From Candidatus Calditenuis fumarioli (GTDB taxonomy: Archaea; Thermoproteota; Nitrososphaeria_A; Caldarchaeales; Calditenuaceae), in assembly GCA_030059665.1 (NCBI GenBank), contig JANVYR010000003.1:1-64000 (forward strand): DNA of 64,000 nucleotides. The letters run 5' to 3'. Every line of letters begins with the position of its first letter. Position 1 is the stretch's first letter. Positions 37,281-46,291 of this stretch are shown one piece after another. The notes beneath the pieces are model-generated. The model did not search any database, was not told the origin of the DNA, and saw only the letters and a program-made list of their open reading frames with translations. The position numbers were made by a program, and so were the translations under genes.

Positions 37281-38183
37281 ATGCGCTTGATACCGCGTTC
37301 GTTCGAGTACGTGGCACCCAAGACGCTTCAGGAGGCGGTCAGCATCTTGAGGAAGTACAAGGGAGAGGCGAAGGTCCTCGCGGGAGGTCACAGCCTGGTG
37401 CCGCTGATGAAGCTGAGGCTCTCGAACCCTCAGGTCGTGGTGGACCTGAAGTACCTGAGGCCGAAGCTCGCCTACATCAAGGTGGCCGGTAAGACGGTGA
37501 GGATAGGAGCGCTGACCAGGCACGCGGAGATCGAGCACTCCGCAGAGCTGAAGAAGGTGGTCCCGATAATGCCGGCCGCGGCCGAGTGGATAGGTGACAT
37601 GCAGGTCCGGAACATGGGAACGATCGGCGGATCCCTCGCCCACGCGGATCCAGCAGCGGACTGGCCCGTGGTGATGCTCGCGCTCAACGCGACCTTCGTG
37701 GCCAACGGCGGGGCCCAGAGGAAGATCCCGGCGACCAAGTTCTTCCTCGGTCCCTTCACAACAGCGCTCAAGCCCCACGAGATCCTTACCGAGATACAGG
37801 TCCCGGTTCCGCCGTCCAACCACGGCTGGTCCTGGAAGAAGTTCGAGAGGAAGGCCGGAGACTTCGCGACCGTCAACACGGCCGTGATAGTCGTTCCGGG
37901 AAGGAAGGGGGAGATCGCCGACGTCTCCATCGCCGTGGGTGCGGTTCACGTGAGGCCGTTCAGGGCGACCGATGCCGAGAAGGTCCTGAAGGGCGAGGTT
38001 CCCACGATGGACCTGATCCGGGAGGCTGCGGAGAAGGCAGCCGCGATGTCGGAACCCAGTGCGGACCTCAGGGGGAGCGTCGAGTACAAGCGCGAGGTGA
38101 CCAAGGTCTTCGTCAGGAGGGCGCTGGTCGAGGCCTGTGAGCGCGCGAAACTTCTAAAGCCGGAGGCGGCGGTGGTGAGGTGA
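37281..38183 (+). CDS. Xanthine oxidase-family FAD subunit (CoxM/CutB-like)
   Basis: [37 protein letters not shown]. Confidence 0.92.
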   Translation: MRLIPRSFEYVAPKTLQEAVSILRKYKGEAKVLAGGHSLVPLMKLRLSNPQVVVDLKYLRPKLAYIKVAGKTVRIGALTRHAEIEHSAELKKVVPIMPAAAEWIGDMQVRNMGTIGGSLAHADPAADWPVVMLALNATFVANGGAQRKIPATKFFLGPFTTALKPHEILTEIQVPVPPSNHGWSWKKFERKAGDFATVNTAVIVVPGRKGEIADVSIAVGAVHVRPFRATDAEKVLKGEVPTMDLIREAAEKAAAMSEPSADLRGSVEYKREVTKVFVRRALVEACERAKLLKPEAAVVR

Positions 38184-38184
38184 C

Positions 38185-38748
38185 ATGGCTCGGAGGGCCG
38201 CGGTGAGGACCGTCCAGCGCAGGGCCCGGGGACCCGTGCCGCAAGCGAAGGTCCCGATCAGGGTGAAGATCAACGGCGTCGAGTACTCCCACGAGGTCGA
38301 ACCGAGGCTTCTCCTCGTTCACTACATCAGGGACGTTGTCGGTCTGACGGGGACCCACATCGGCTGCGACACCAGCAACTGCGGAGCCTGCACCGTTTTG
38401 ATGAAGGGCACCTGGGGGAACGAGTGGAGGGCGGTGAAGTCATGCACGCTCTACGCAGTCCAGGCCGACGGCGCCGAGATCATCACCATAGAGGGCCTCG
38501 CCAAGAACGGCGAGCTGCATCCGCTCCAGAAGGCGTTCTGGGAGCACCACGCGCTCCAGTGCGGCTACTGCACTCCCGGGATGATACTGGCTGCCCTGGG
38601 GTTCCTGAAGCTGAACCCGAACCCGACCAGGGAAGAGATCAGGAAGGGCATCTCGGGGAACCTGTGCCGCTGCACGGGCTACGTGAACATCGTCAAGGCG
38701 ATAGAGGCCGCAGCCAAGGAGATCCGCGAGAAGGGAAGCTGGATCTAG
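38185..38748 (+). CDS. Xanthine oxidase-family 2x[2Fe-2S] subunit (CoxS/CutC-like)
   Basis: [24 protein letters not shown]. Confidence 0.94.
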   Translation: MARRAAVRTVQRRARGPVPQAKVPIRVKINGVEYSHEVEPRLLLVHYIRDVVGLTGTHIGCDTSNCGACTVLMKGTWGNEWRAVKSCTLYAVQADGAEIITIEGLAKNGELHPLQKAFWEHHALQCGYCTPGMILAALGFLKLNPNPTREEIRKGISGNLCRCTGYVNIVKAIEAAAKEIREKGSWI

Positions 38749-38764
38749 ATCCACGGTCCCTCGA

Positions 38765-38779
38765 TTTTTGTTGCTTTTT
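38765..38779 (+). terminator. Oligo-T terminator after the Fe-S subunit gene
   Basis: TTTTTGTTGCTTTTT shortly after the stop codon. Confidence 0.5.
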
Positions 38780-38868
38780 CCCACTCTGTCCCTCCTCCTC
38801 AGCCGTCAACGTCCTCCATCCTCACCTCTGGTAAGTTAAAATGGACCCGTGGTCACATGGATCCGGGT

Positions 38869-38983
38869 AGCCCGGTCGTCTAGCGGTCAAACCACCTGGC
38901 CGGAGGTGGGATCAGGGATTCCGGGCTCTGGATCCCTCAGGAGGGGACCCCCGGAGACGCCGGTTCGAATCCGGCCCGGGCTA
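38869..38983 (+). tRNA. tRNA-Gln(CUG) with two introns (38891-38915 at 21/22; 38932-38948 at 37/38)
   Basis: A1-U72 acceptor AGCCCGG/CCGGGCT; removing both introns gives a 73-nt cloverleaf; both splice junctions form bulge-helix-bulge-type motifs; TTAAAA about 30 nt upstream. Confidence 0.92.
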
Positions 38984-39109
38984 CCTTGAGATCCTGACGT
39001 GGGGACAGCACGAGAACTGAGACCTCGTGTTAAACGACCGATCGCCGTTAAACTCGGCCCCTGGGTCGAAAAACCGTTAAAAGCAGCTCACTAGTTCTGG
39101 GATCCGACC

Positions 39110-41272
39110 ATGTGGATAAACCCGCTTCTGATAACGACGGTGCTCGGCGCGATCGGTGCGCTGACCGCTGTGCTCTTCGTGGTGCTGGTCAACAGGTACC
39201 CGAAGGGGCCTGAGCAGTTCGTCGCTGTGTGGTCAGCTATCCGCGAGGGTTCCGCGGCCTACCTGAAGAGGCAGTACAGGACGATCTACGTGATAGCGGC
39301 CTTCATCTTCCTGCTGATCGTCGGGAGCTTCGCGGCCTTCCCAGCCCTCGGTGGGCTCCTCTACGGCCTCGCGGTGGGCGGGAGCTTCCTGATCGGCGTG
39401 ACCTTCTCGCTGATAGCCGCAACGATAGCGATGGACTCCGCGACCCGCGCCAACGTCAGGACCACCTACGCGGCCTACAAAGGATCGGTCAGCGCGCTCA
39501 GGGTTGCGACGCTGGGAGGAGCGGCTCTCGGCCTCGCGGTGATCGCGATGAGCCTCCTCGGCCTCTCGATCCTCTACTGGGCCTTCAGGGACCCGGCGGT
39601 GCTCGCGGGCTTCGGGTTCGGCGCCAGCCTCGCAGCCCTCTTCGCCCAGCTCGGCGGAGGGATCTACACCAAGAGCGCAGACATCGGAGCGGACCTCGTC
39701 GGTAAGGTCGAGGCCGGGATACCGGAGGACGACCCGAGGAACCCTGCGGTGATCGCGGACCAGGTGGGCGACAACGTCGGAGACGAGGCCGGGAGGGGGG
39801 CTGACCTCTTCGAGTCGGTCACGGCTGAGAACCTGGGAGGGATGATCATCGCGCTGGTCCTCTCGATCGTTATCTTCAACGCCATCAACGAGGACTACGT
39901 CCTGCTGCCGCTGCTGGTGAGGGCCGTAGGAGTCGTCGCCACGCTGGCGGGCATCGGCTGGGCCGTCGCGCAGCGCTCCTTCAAGGAGGCGATAGAGCCC
40001 CTCAGGAACGGCCTGATCGTGACCTCGGTTGTGGCCGCGGTGCTGATGTATTTCGTCTCGTCCGCGGTCTTCGGGAGCTCCTACCTACCCATGTTCGCCT
40101 CGATGGTGATAGGGCTGATCGCCGGCATCCTGATCATGTTCTACAGCGAGCTCTACACCGGCCTCAGGTCCAAGTACGTCGGCCTGATCGCCGGGAACAG
40201 CGAGAGCGGCCCAGCCCTTACGGTCGTCTCCGGGCTCGCGGTCGGGATGGTCTCCACGGCCCTTCCGGTGATCACGGTCGTCGTGGCGATAGCAGCGTCT
40301 TTCGTCCTGGGCCTCCAGTGGGCTCAGCTGGTCAACCTCCCTGACCGGTTCCTCGGTGGCGTCTTCGGGACCACGATGGCCACGATGGGGATGCTCTCCA
40401 CGGCCGGGTTCGTGCTGACCATGGACGGCGTGGGGCCGATTGTGGACAACGCCGGAGGGATAGCGGAGATGGCAAACGCTCCGGACGAGATCAGGGAGAG
40501 GCTCGAGCCTCTGGACGCCCTTGGGAACACGACGAAGGCCCTCACCAAGTCCTACGCGATGGGCTCCGCGGCGCTGGCTGCACTCCTGCTCTTCCAGGCG
40601 TTCCTCCTCGAGGTGGCCAGGTACCAGGCAGGGATCATCGAACTCTCGCACCTGACGGTCGAGCAGTCGAGGAACCTCTTGGCCCAGATCGAGGCCCTCT
40701 CCTCACAGCTCCAGATCAACTCGCCCTCGGTGCTGATAGGGCTCTTCATCGGTGCGATGCTGCCGTTCCTCTTCTCCGGCTACGCGGTGAACGCCGTGGC
40801 CACCGGGGCCTTCCAGATGGTCGAGGAGGTCAGGAGGCAGTTCAGGACCATACCCGGGCTGCTGAACGGGGCCGCCAGGCCCGAGTACGGTAGGTGCGTG
40901 GACATCTCGACCCGAACCGCCCTGAGGCTCATGGTGACCCCGACGCTGGTGGTCACGCTCTCGCCGATACTCGTGGGGCTGCTGCTGGGTTGGAGGGCGA
41001 TCGGCGGGCTCGTGATGGGCGCGACGGTCTCCGCGATACCACTGGCGATAGTCGGCTTCTACGGAGGTGCAGCGATGGACAACGCGAAGAAGTTCCTCGA
41101 GATCGCCGGGAGGAAGGGGACCGATGCCCACAAGGCCGCGGTGATAGGCGACACGGTGGGCGACCCGATGAAGGACACCTACGCTCCGAGCCTGCACATC
41201 CTGATCAAGCTGCTGAACACGCTCTCGCTCGTCTTCATACCGCTCTTCCTGGTGTCCCTGATACCGATCTGA
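39110..41272 (+). CDS. hppA: Membrane pyrophosphatase, probably K+-independent H+-PPase
   Basis: GGGIYTKSADIGADLVGKVEAGIPEDDPRNPAVIADQVGDNVGD; GNTTKA (Lys form); DTVGDPMKDT. Confidence 0.95.
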   Translation: MWINPLLITTVLGAIGALTAVLFVVLVNRYPKGPEQFVAVWSAIREGSAAYLKRQYRTIYVIAAFIFLLIVGSFAAFPALGGLLYGLAVGGSFLIGVTFSLIAATIAMDSATRANVRTTYAAYKGSVSALRVATLGGAALGLAVIAMSLLGLSILYWAFRDPAVLAGFGFGASLAALFAQLGGGIYTKSADIGADLVGKVEAGIPEDDPRNPAVIADQVGDNVGDEAGRGADLFESVTAENLGGMIIALVLSIVIFNAINEDYVLLPLLVRAVGVVATLAGIGWAVAQRSFKEAIEPLRNGLIVTSVVAAVLMYFVSSAVFGSSYLPMFASMVIGLIAGILIMFYSELYTGLRSKYVGLIAGNSESGPALTVVSGLAVGMVSTALPVITVVVAIAASFVLGLQWAQLVNLPDRFLGGVFGTTMATMGMLSTAGFVLTMDGVGPIVDNAGGIAEMANAPDEIRERLEPLDALGNTTKALTKSYAMGSAALAALLLFQAFLLEVARYQAGIIELSHLTVEQSRNLLAQIEALSSQLQINSPSVLIGLFIGAMLPFLFSGYAVNAVATGAFQMVEEVRRQFRTIPGLLNGAARPEYGRCVDISTRTALRLMVTPTLVVTLSPILVGLLLGWRAIGGLVMGATVSAIPLAIVGFYGGAAMDNAKKFLEIAGRKGTDAHKAAVIGDTVGDPMKDTYAPSLHILIKLLNTLSLVFIPLFLVSLIPI

Positions 41273-41296
41273 TCCGACGACCTCCGCCTTTCTCCG

Positions 41297-42691
41297 TCAC
41301 TGCCTCCTCATTTTTGGAGATGCCAGGGGTTCGAGGCCCATCGCTAAGCTGGCGAAGGCGATGCCCGTCAGGGCCAGCAGCAGCCCCGGAGGGATCACCC
41401 ACCACCAGTACCCCGTGAAGACGGCCCCTGTCCTGAAGCCGAGCTCGAGGATCTGGCCCCACGTCGGTATCGTCGGGTCTCCCAGCCCCAGGAAGCTCAG
41501 GCCGGCCTCCGCGAGTATTGCGGAGGGAGCGAAGAACACGGTCTGGGCGAGGAGGTAAGGTGCCAGCTGCGGCAGCACGTGCAACAGCATCACCCTGAGG
41601 TCGCTCGACCCCATCGCCCTCGAGGCCTCGACGAAGGGAAGGGGCGTTATCTGGAGGACCATCGACCTGATGACGATCGCGAGCCCGGGCCACGAGAAGG
41701 CCACGAGGAGCGCCATGATGGTGATGACGCTCGGCCTCAGAACGAAGGAGAGGAAGATCAGCAACGGGAGAAGGGGGACGTTCGCGACGACGTCGGCCGC
41801 CCTCTGGATGACCGCCTCGACCGCACCCCTGTAATAGCCGCTGAGGAGACCGAGGAGCGCGCCGATGGAGGTGACGAGGACCGAGGCGAAGAGCCCTATG
41901 CCCAGCGCCACCGGGAAGCCGTAGAGGAGCCCGAGCATCAGATCGCGCCCGACGCCGTCGGTTCCCATCAATCCGTAGTGGGACCCTCCGAGGACCACGC
42001 TCACCGATCCGACCCTGTCGCCCTCCGAGCCGTAGAACGCAGCCCTGACCGCGTAGCGGCCGCGCAGGACGACGAGCCTTCCGGAGGACGGATCAGGTGC
42101 ACCGAAGAGCAGGTGAGAGGGCTGCTCCGTGCCAGAGAGCTGGACGCCGTACCTCGCCGCGAGCTCCCTGCTCATGTATGCCACTCCCTCGGAGCCAGGA
42201 CCGACCTCGACCCTGAGAGGCCTCTCCGCGTACCTCAGGAACGGCGGCGACTCGCCGGCCCTGGGACCCGGCGGCGATATCCTCGCGACTGGAACGGCGA
42301 TTCCGTCGGGCCTGATCAGGTCGATGAGGAGGGCAGGAGGGTCGCGCTGGAAGCTGACCGAGCGGACCTTCACGATCAGGTGGGACGGTGGCAGGTCGGA
42401 TTCGAGCGCGAACGTCGCCTCCAAGACCTCGTACCCGTCACCTCTCACCACGGGCTCGAGCTCGATCTCCCGCTGGAGGGAGGGCCTGACGCCGAGCAGA
42501 TACGCGGACCATTCGGGAGGGGCTGCCTTCGGAAGATCGGCCCATGCGGAGGGGTCGTTCCACACCCTTCCGAAGTCGAGCGGCAGGAGCAGGAGCACGC
42601 CTGCTGAGACCAGCGCGAGCGCAGCGATCAAAGCGACCCCGACCCTCCCCGGCCAGGTGCCGAGCAGGACCCTCCACGCGGACTCCTCCAA
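41297..42691 (-). CDS. ABC importer permease (OppC/DppC type) with large extracellular insert
   Basis: MGTDGVGRD, EAA-like EASRAMGSS, LSFLGLG, WWWVIPPG. Confidence 0.9.
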   Translation of the reverse strand: MEESAWRVLLGTWPGRVGVALIAALALVSAGVLLLLPLDFGRVWNDPSAWADLPKAAPPEWSAYLLGVRPSLQREIELEPVVRGDGYEVLEATFALESDLPPSHLIVKVRSVSFQRDPPALLIDLIRPDGIAVPVARISPPGPRAGESPPFLRYAERPLRVEVGPGSEGVAYMSRELAARYGVQLSGTEQPSHLLFGAPDPSSGRLVVLRGRYAVRAAFYGSEGDRVGSVSVVLGGSHYGLMGTDGVGRDLMLGLLYGFPVALGIGLFASVLVTSIGALLGLLSGYYRGAVEAVIQRAADVVANVPLLPLLIFLSFVLRPSVITIMALLVAFSWPGLAIVIRSMVLQITPLPFVEASRAMGSSDLRVMLLHVLPQLAPYLLAQTVFFAPSAILAEAGLSFLGLGDPTIPTWGQILELGFRTGAVFTGYWWWVIPPGLLLALTGIAFASLAMGLEPLASPKMRRQ

Positions 42692-42694
42692 TCC

Positions 42695-43735
42695 TCACAC
42701 CCGTATTCTCGGATCGAGGTAGACGTAGATCACCTCGAGCGCGAACCTGGCAACCACGTACATCAGCGTGTAGAGGTACGTCAACGCCACCACGAGGCCC
42801 TCGTCGCCCGTCAGGACGGCGTTGTAGTAGAGCCTTCCCATCCCGGGCCAGTTGAAGACGGTCTCTGTCAGTATCGCACCTCCGAGCGATGCGGGAAGCG
42901 CGAGGATCAGGCCGGTCACGATGGGCGGCGCAGCTGGCCTCAGAACGTGCCTCCAGGAGATAGCCCGCTCCGGGAGGCCCTTGGCCCTCGCGACCGAGAC
43001 GAAGTCCTCCTGTGCGACGTTCAGGAGCATCGACCTCGAGGCGTAGATAGACGGGCCGGTGGAGATAGCCACCAGCGTCAGGACCGGCAGGAAAGCGTGC
43101 CAGAGGACGTCGATCCCCCTGGAGAACCAGTCCTCGGGGGGTGGGCTGCTGAGCATGCCGCCGCTGGGGAAGAGCCTCAGCTGGTACGCGAAGACGATCA
43201 GGAGCACTATCCCTATCCACCAGCTCGGGAGCGCGTTCGAGACCGCGGAGACGTAGGTGATAGCCCTGTCCACCCTGGAGCCAGCTCTCCTCGCGAGCCA
43301 GGCCCCGACCGCGAGGCCGAGGGCTGCCGATATCAGGAGCGACGTGGTCACCAGGATCACCGTGTTAGGTATCCGCTCAGCCAGTATGTCGACGATCCTG
43401 TTGCTGCCGGTGGAGCTCCGGGCAGAGCGCGCCAGGCCGAGGTCCAGCGTCATCACCCTCAGCACGGTCTCGGGTATCCGGGAGTACCAGGGCCTGTCCA
43501 GGCCCACCGCCCTCTCCATCTCGCCCTTCAGCTCCGCGAGGGCCCTCTCGAGCTCCTCAGGGTCCTTGATCCGCTGGGCGAGGCCCTCCCTCAACGCCCT
43601 CAGCTGCTCGCTGACGATCGCCTGGAGGATCCTGTCGGAGTATCCGGTGGCGCCGAGCACGACCACCATCAGGAACAGGACCGTCAGCAGGACCAGGAGG
43701 AGGGAGGCTGCCCTTACCGCGAGCCACCGGAACAT
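42695..43735 (-). CDS. ABC importer permease (OppB/DppB type)
   Basis: ARAKGLPE, TETVFNWPGMG. Confidence 0.92.
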   Translation of the reverse strand: MFRWLAVRAASLLLVLLTVLFLMVVVLGATGYSDRILQAIVSEQLRALREGLAQRIKDPEELERALAELKGEMERAVGLDRPWYSRIPETVLRVMTLDLGLARSARSSTGSNRIVDILAERIPNTVILVTTSLLISAALGLAVGAWLARRAGSRVDRAITYVSAVSNALPSWWIGIVLLIVFAYQLRLFPSGGMLSSPPPEDWFSRGIDVLWHAFLPVLTLVAISTGPSIYASRSMLLNVAQEDFVSVARAKGLPERAISWRHVLRPAAPPIVTGLILALPASLGGAILTETVFNWPGMGRLYYNAVLTGDEGLVVALTYLYTLMYVVARFALEVIYVYLDPRIRV

Positions 43736-43741
43736 CGTCCC

Positions 43742-46291
43742 CTATCTCTTCCGCCTGGACCTGAGAAGGGCCACCGAGACGACCGCTATGACGGCCACTG
43801 CGACCAGGGCCACGAGAAGGGCCGTCTGCGTGAAGGCGCCCTGCGGGGCCTCGCCGGTGACCGTGGGGGTGGTGGTCTGAGTGGTGGGCGTCGCGGTGGT
43901 GACGGCCGTCTGCGCTCCGGCCGGGAGGACCTCGACCGAGAAGGCGAAGGGCCTGACCACGCCGAGGTTTTGCTCGTCGCGGAGGACGACCTCCAGCGTC
44001 AGAAGTCCCCTCCTGAGGGCCGAGGTCTCCTGGGGTGTGAGCTCCACTGTGAGCAGGCCGCCGGTGACCCTAACGTCCCTCACGGCCTTGACGGTGGTAC
44101 CGGTGGACCTGTCGTACAGGAAGGCGTCGGCGGTAACGCCCTCTGGACCGGTGACGCGTACGGAGAGCGAGGAGGCCGAACCTATGACCACCTGCAGCCT
44201 GCCCGCTGACGCGGTAGGCAGCTCCACCCTTCTGGCGAGACCGCTGAAGCTCCCCTTCGAGAAGGGATATGCCTGGTCACGGAAGGCCCTGAGCTCGGCG
44301 GTCTGGGCTGCGCCGTCGAAGCGCTCCAGGACGAACGGCCCGTTGCTGATGACCAGGTGCCTCCGCTCGCTGAACCACCTGATGGCCGCCTCGTACCTCG
44401 ACTTGGCCTCCTCGGGGGTCACGATACTCCTCCCGTCCAGCTCGAAGACGCCCCTCGGGACGAAACCCCTCTCGGAGAAGTCGCGGAGCACCTCGACCAG
44501 CATGCGGCCGTGGAGCTCCTTGACCAGGTTGAGCCAGGGGACGTTGAACCGCATCGCTGAGGTGTCGCTGTAGGCTGCCCTCCTCCTCGCGAAGACCAGC
44601 TCGTCCATCGCAGCGAGCACCTCCCATGGCATCGACGGGAACCCTATCGCAGCGTACTCCGCGATCTTGTCCTGCTCGAAGTGCCAGTAGTCCACGTAGA
44701 CCTCGAGGTACCTGTCGCCGACTATTCGGATGCCCTTAACCGTCTCGAGGTAGGGCCTGCTCGTCACGGCTATCGCGGTCTCGATCCTGTTCTTGTCGGG
44801 GTTGTATGAGATCTCGAAGGCCTGGTAGATCGGGTAGAGGACGTCCGCCCAGGTGATGGGCCTGCCGTGGTGCCACGGTTTCCCTATGTAGAGCGACATG
44901 TCGAAGGTCACCTTGCTCCTCGCGGTGGTTCCCGGCGACACCCTCCTCCAGGAGCCCGTCGAGGCGTCCCAGATCACGGCGTCCGCCGGCACCTGAAGGG
45001 AACCGGTTGGCCCGGCGGTCTCGACGCTGAAGCTGGACCTGAAGGGGATCGTCTTTCCGGACACCGGGTCCCTCGCGAGGCCGGGGTCCACCACGTAACG
45101 CCATATGTCGACGCTGTAGACGTCGCCGAAACCTCCGACGGGGTTCCAGGTGGTCCGCTCGGTGTCGACCCAGAGGTGTCCGACCCTGAGGGTGTCCCTT
45201 CCCTCCACGTAGGCCTCCCTGAGGCTGAAGGGCGACCTGACGCCCGCCACGAGGTCGGTGATGAGGTTCCTCACGCTCTTCGAGGCCGGGAAGGCGTTGA
45301 TCACCGTGACCACCCAGACCCGCACCGACTCGTCGAGGCAGAGGGCCGTCATCCTCCGGTAGAGCTCGTTACGCTCCGCGAGGTCCCTGAACTCGCCCCG
45401 GAAGATCCGCTGGCCGAGCGTGTCGAGCTCCGGGTTCTCGTACTGCCAGAAGCCGACCTCCCTCCACCCGGGCATGTTGCCGAGCCAGGGAGCGCAGAAC
45501 TGGTTTATCCCCGTCGAGTCGTACCTCTCTATCCCTCCCCTCGCCCAACCCTCGGTGTAGGCGTGCCACGCGAAGGCCCTCGGATCGGTCGAGTAGACCC
45601 TCTGTATCGCTGGCCCGAACTCGAGGAGGATCTCCTCCACGTTGAACCCGAGCCTCCTCAGCTCCGATGCGAACGCCAGCCCTATCTCCCTCCTCTCGTC
45701 CTCGGGTCTTATGATGACCCGAACCGTCACAGGCCTCCCGTTGTAGTGCCAGACGCCGTCCCTGAGCTCCGCTCCGACCTTCCTCATCGCGTTCGAGACT
45801 ATTTCCTTCGCGTATTCCGGATCATACCTTATGTTCCTCGATACTATAACATCGCGGACGGTGAGGTAATCGAGGTCGGTTGGCGAGACGTGGGTGTACA
45901 TCGGCATGGCGAGCCCCCCGTAGAACCTCGTGGCGACGGCCTCCCGATCGATGACGTACTGCATCGCGTACCTCACCTCCCTGATCGAGAAGGGGTTGAG
46001 CTCGCCCGCCGGGGCCGGTGCGGGGTTGAGGACGATCGAGACCGTGCTGGAGGGGACCTCTATCAGCGTCAGGTCGCCCCTCGCCCTGAGGGCCCTTGCC
46101 GCCTCCGACTTCAGGTTGTAGAAGAACAGGTCGATGTTTCCTGCCCTGATCTCCTGCTCGGCGATGTCCTGCGACCCGAGGCCCCTGAAGATCACCCTCT
46201 CCGCCGCGGGGCCCTTCACCTCCTGTGCTGCGGCAAGAGGCAGGAGCGAGACCAAAAGCAGCAGCGTGACCGCGAGCGCAGTCCCCCTCAA
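43742..46291 (-). CDS. ABC family-5 solute-binding protein with C-terminal anchor
   Basis: Signal peptide, LNPFSIREVRYAM, SNGPFVLE, Thr linker plus TM plus basic tail. Confidence 0.88.
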   Translation of the reverse strand: MRGTALAVTLLLLVSLLPLAAAQEVKGPAAERVIFRGLGSQDIAEQEIRAGNIDLFFYNLKSEAARALRARGDLTLIEVPSSTVSIVLNPAPAPAGELNPFSIREVRYAMQYVIDREAVATRFYGGLAMPMYTHVSPTDLDYLTVRDVIVSRNIRYDPEYAKEIVSNAMRKVGAELRDGVWHYNGRPVTVRVIIRPEDERREIGLAFASELRRLGFNVEEILLEFGPAIQRVYSTDPRAFAWHAYTEGWARGGIERYDSTGINQFCAPWLGNMPGWREVGFWQYENPELDTLGQRIFRGEFRDLAERNELYRRMTALCLDESVRVWVVTVINAFPASKSVRNLITDLVAGVRSPFSLREAYVEGRDTLRVGHLWVDTERTTWNPVGGFGDVYSVDIWRYVVDPGLARDPVSGKTIPFRSSFSVETAGPTGSLQVPADAVIWDASTGSWRRVSPGTTARSKVTFDMSLYIGKPWHHGRPITWADVLYPIYQAFEISYNPDKNRIETAIAVTSRPYLETVKGIRIVGDRYLEVYVDYWHFEQDKIAEYAAIGFPSMPWEVLAAMDELVFARRRAAYSDTSAMRFNVPWLNLVKELHGRMLVEVLRDFSERGFVPRGVFELDGRSIVTPEEAKSRYEAAIRWFSERRHLVISNGPFVLERFDGAAQTAELRAFRDQAYPFSKGSFSGLARRVELPTASAGRLQVVIGSASSLSVRVTGPEGVTADAFLYDRSTGTTVKAVRDVRVTGGLLTVELTPQETSALRRGLLTLEVVLRDEQNLGVVRPFAFSVEVLPAGAQTAVTTATPTTQTTTPTVTGEAPQGAFTQTALLVALVAVAVIAVVSVALLRSRRKR

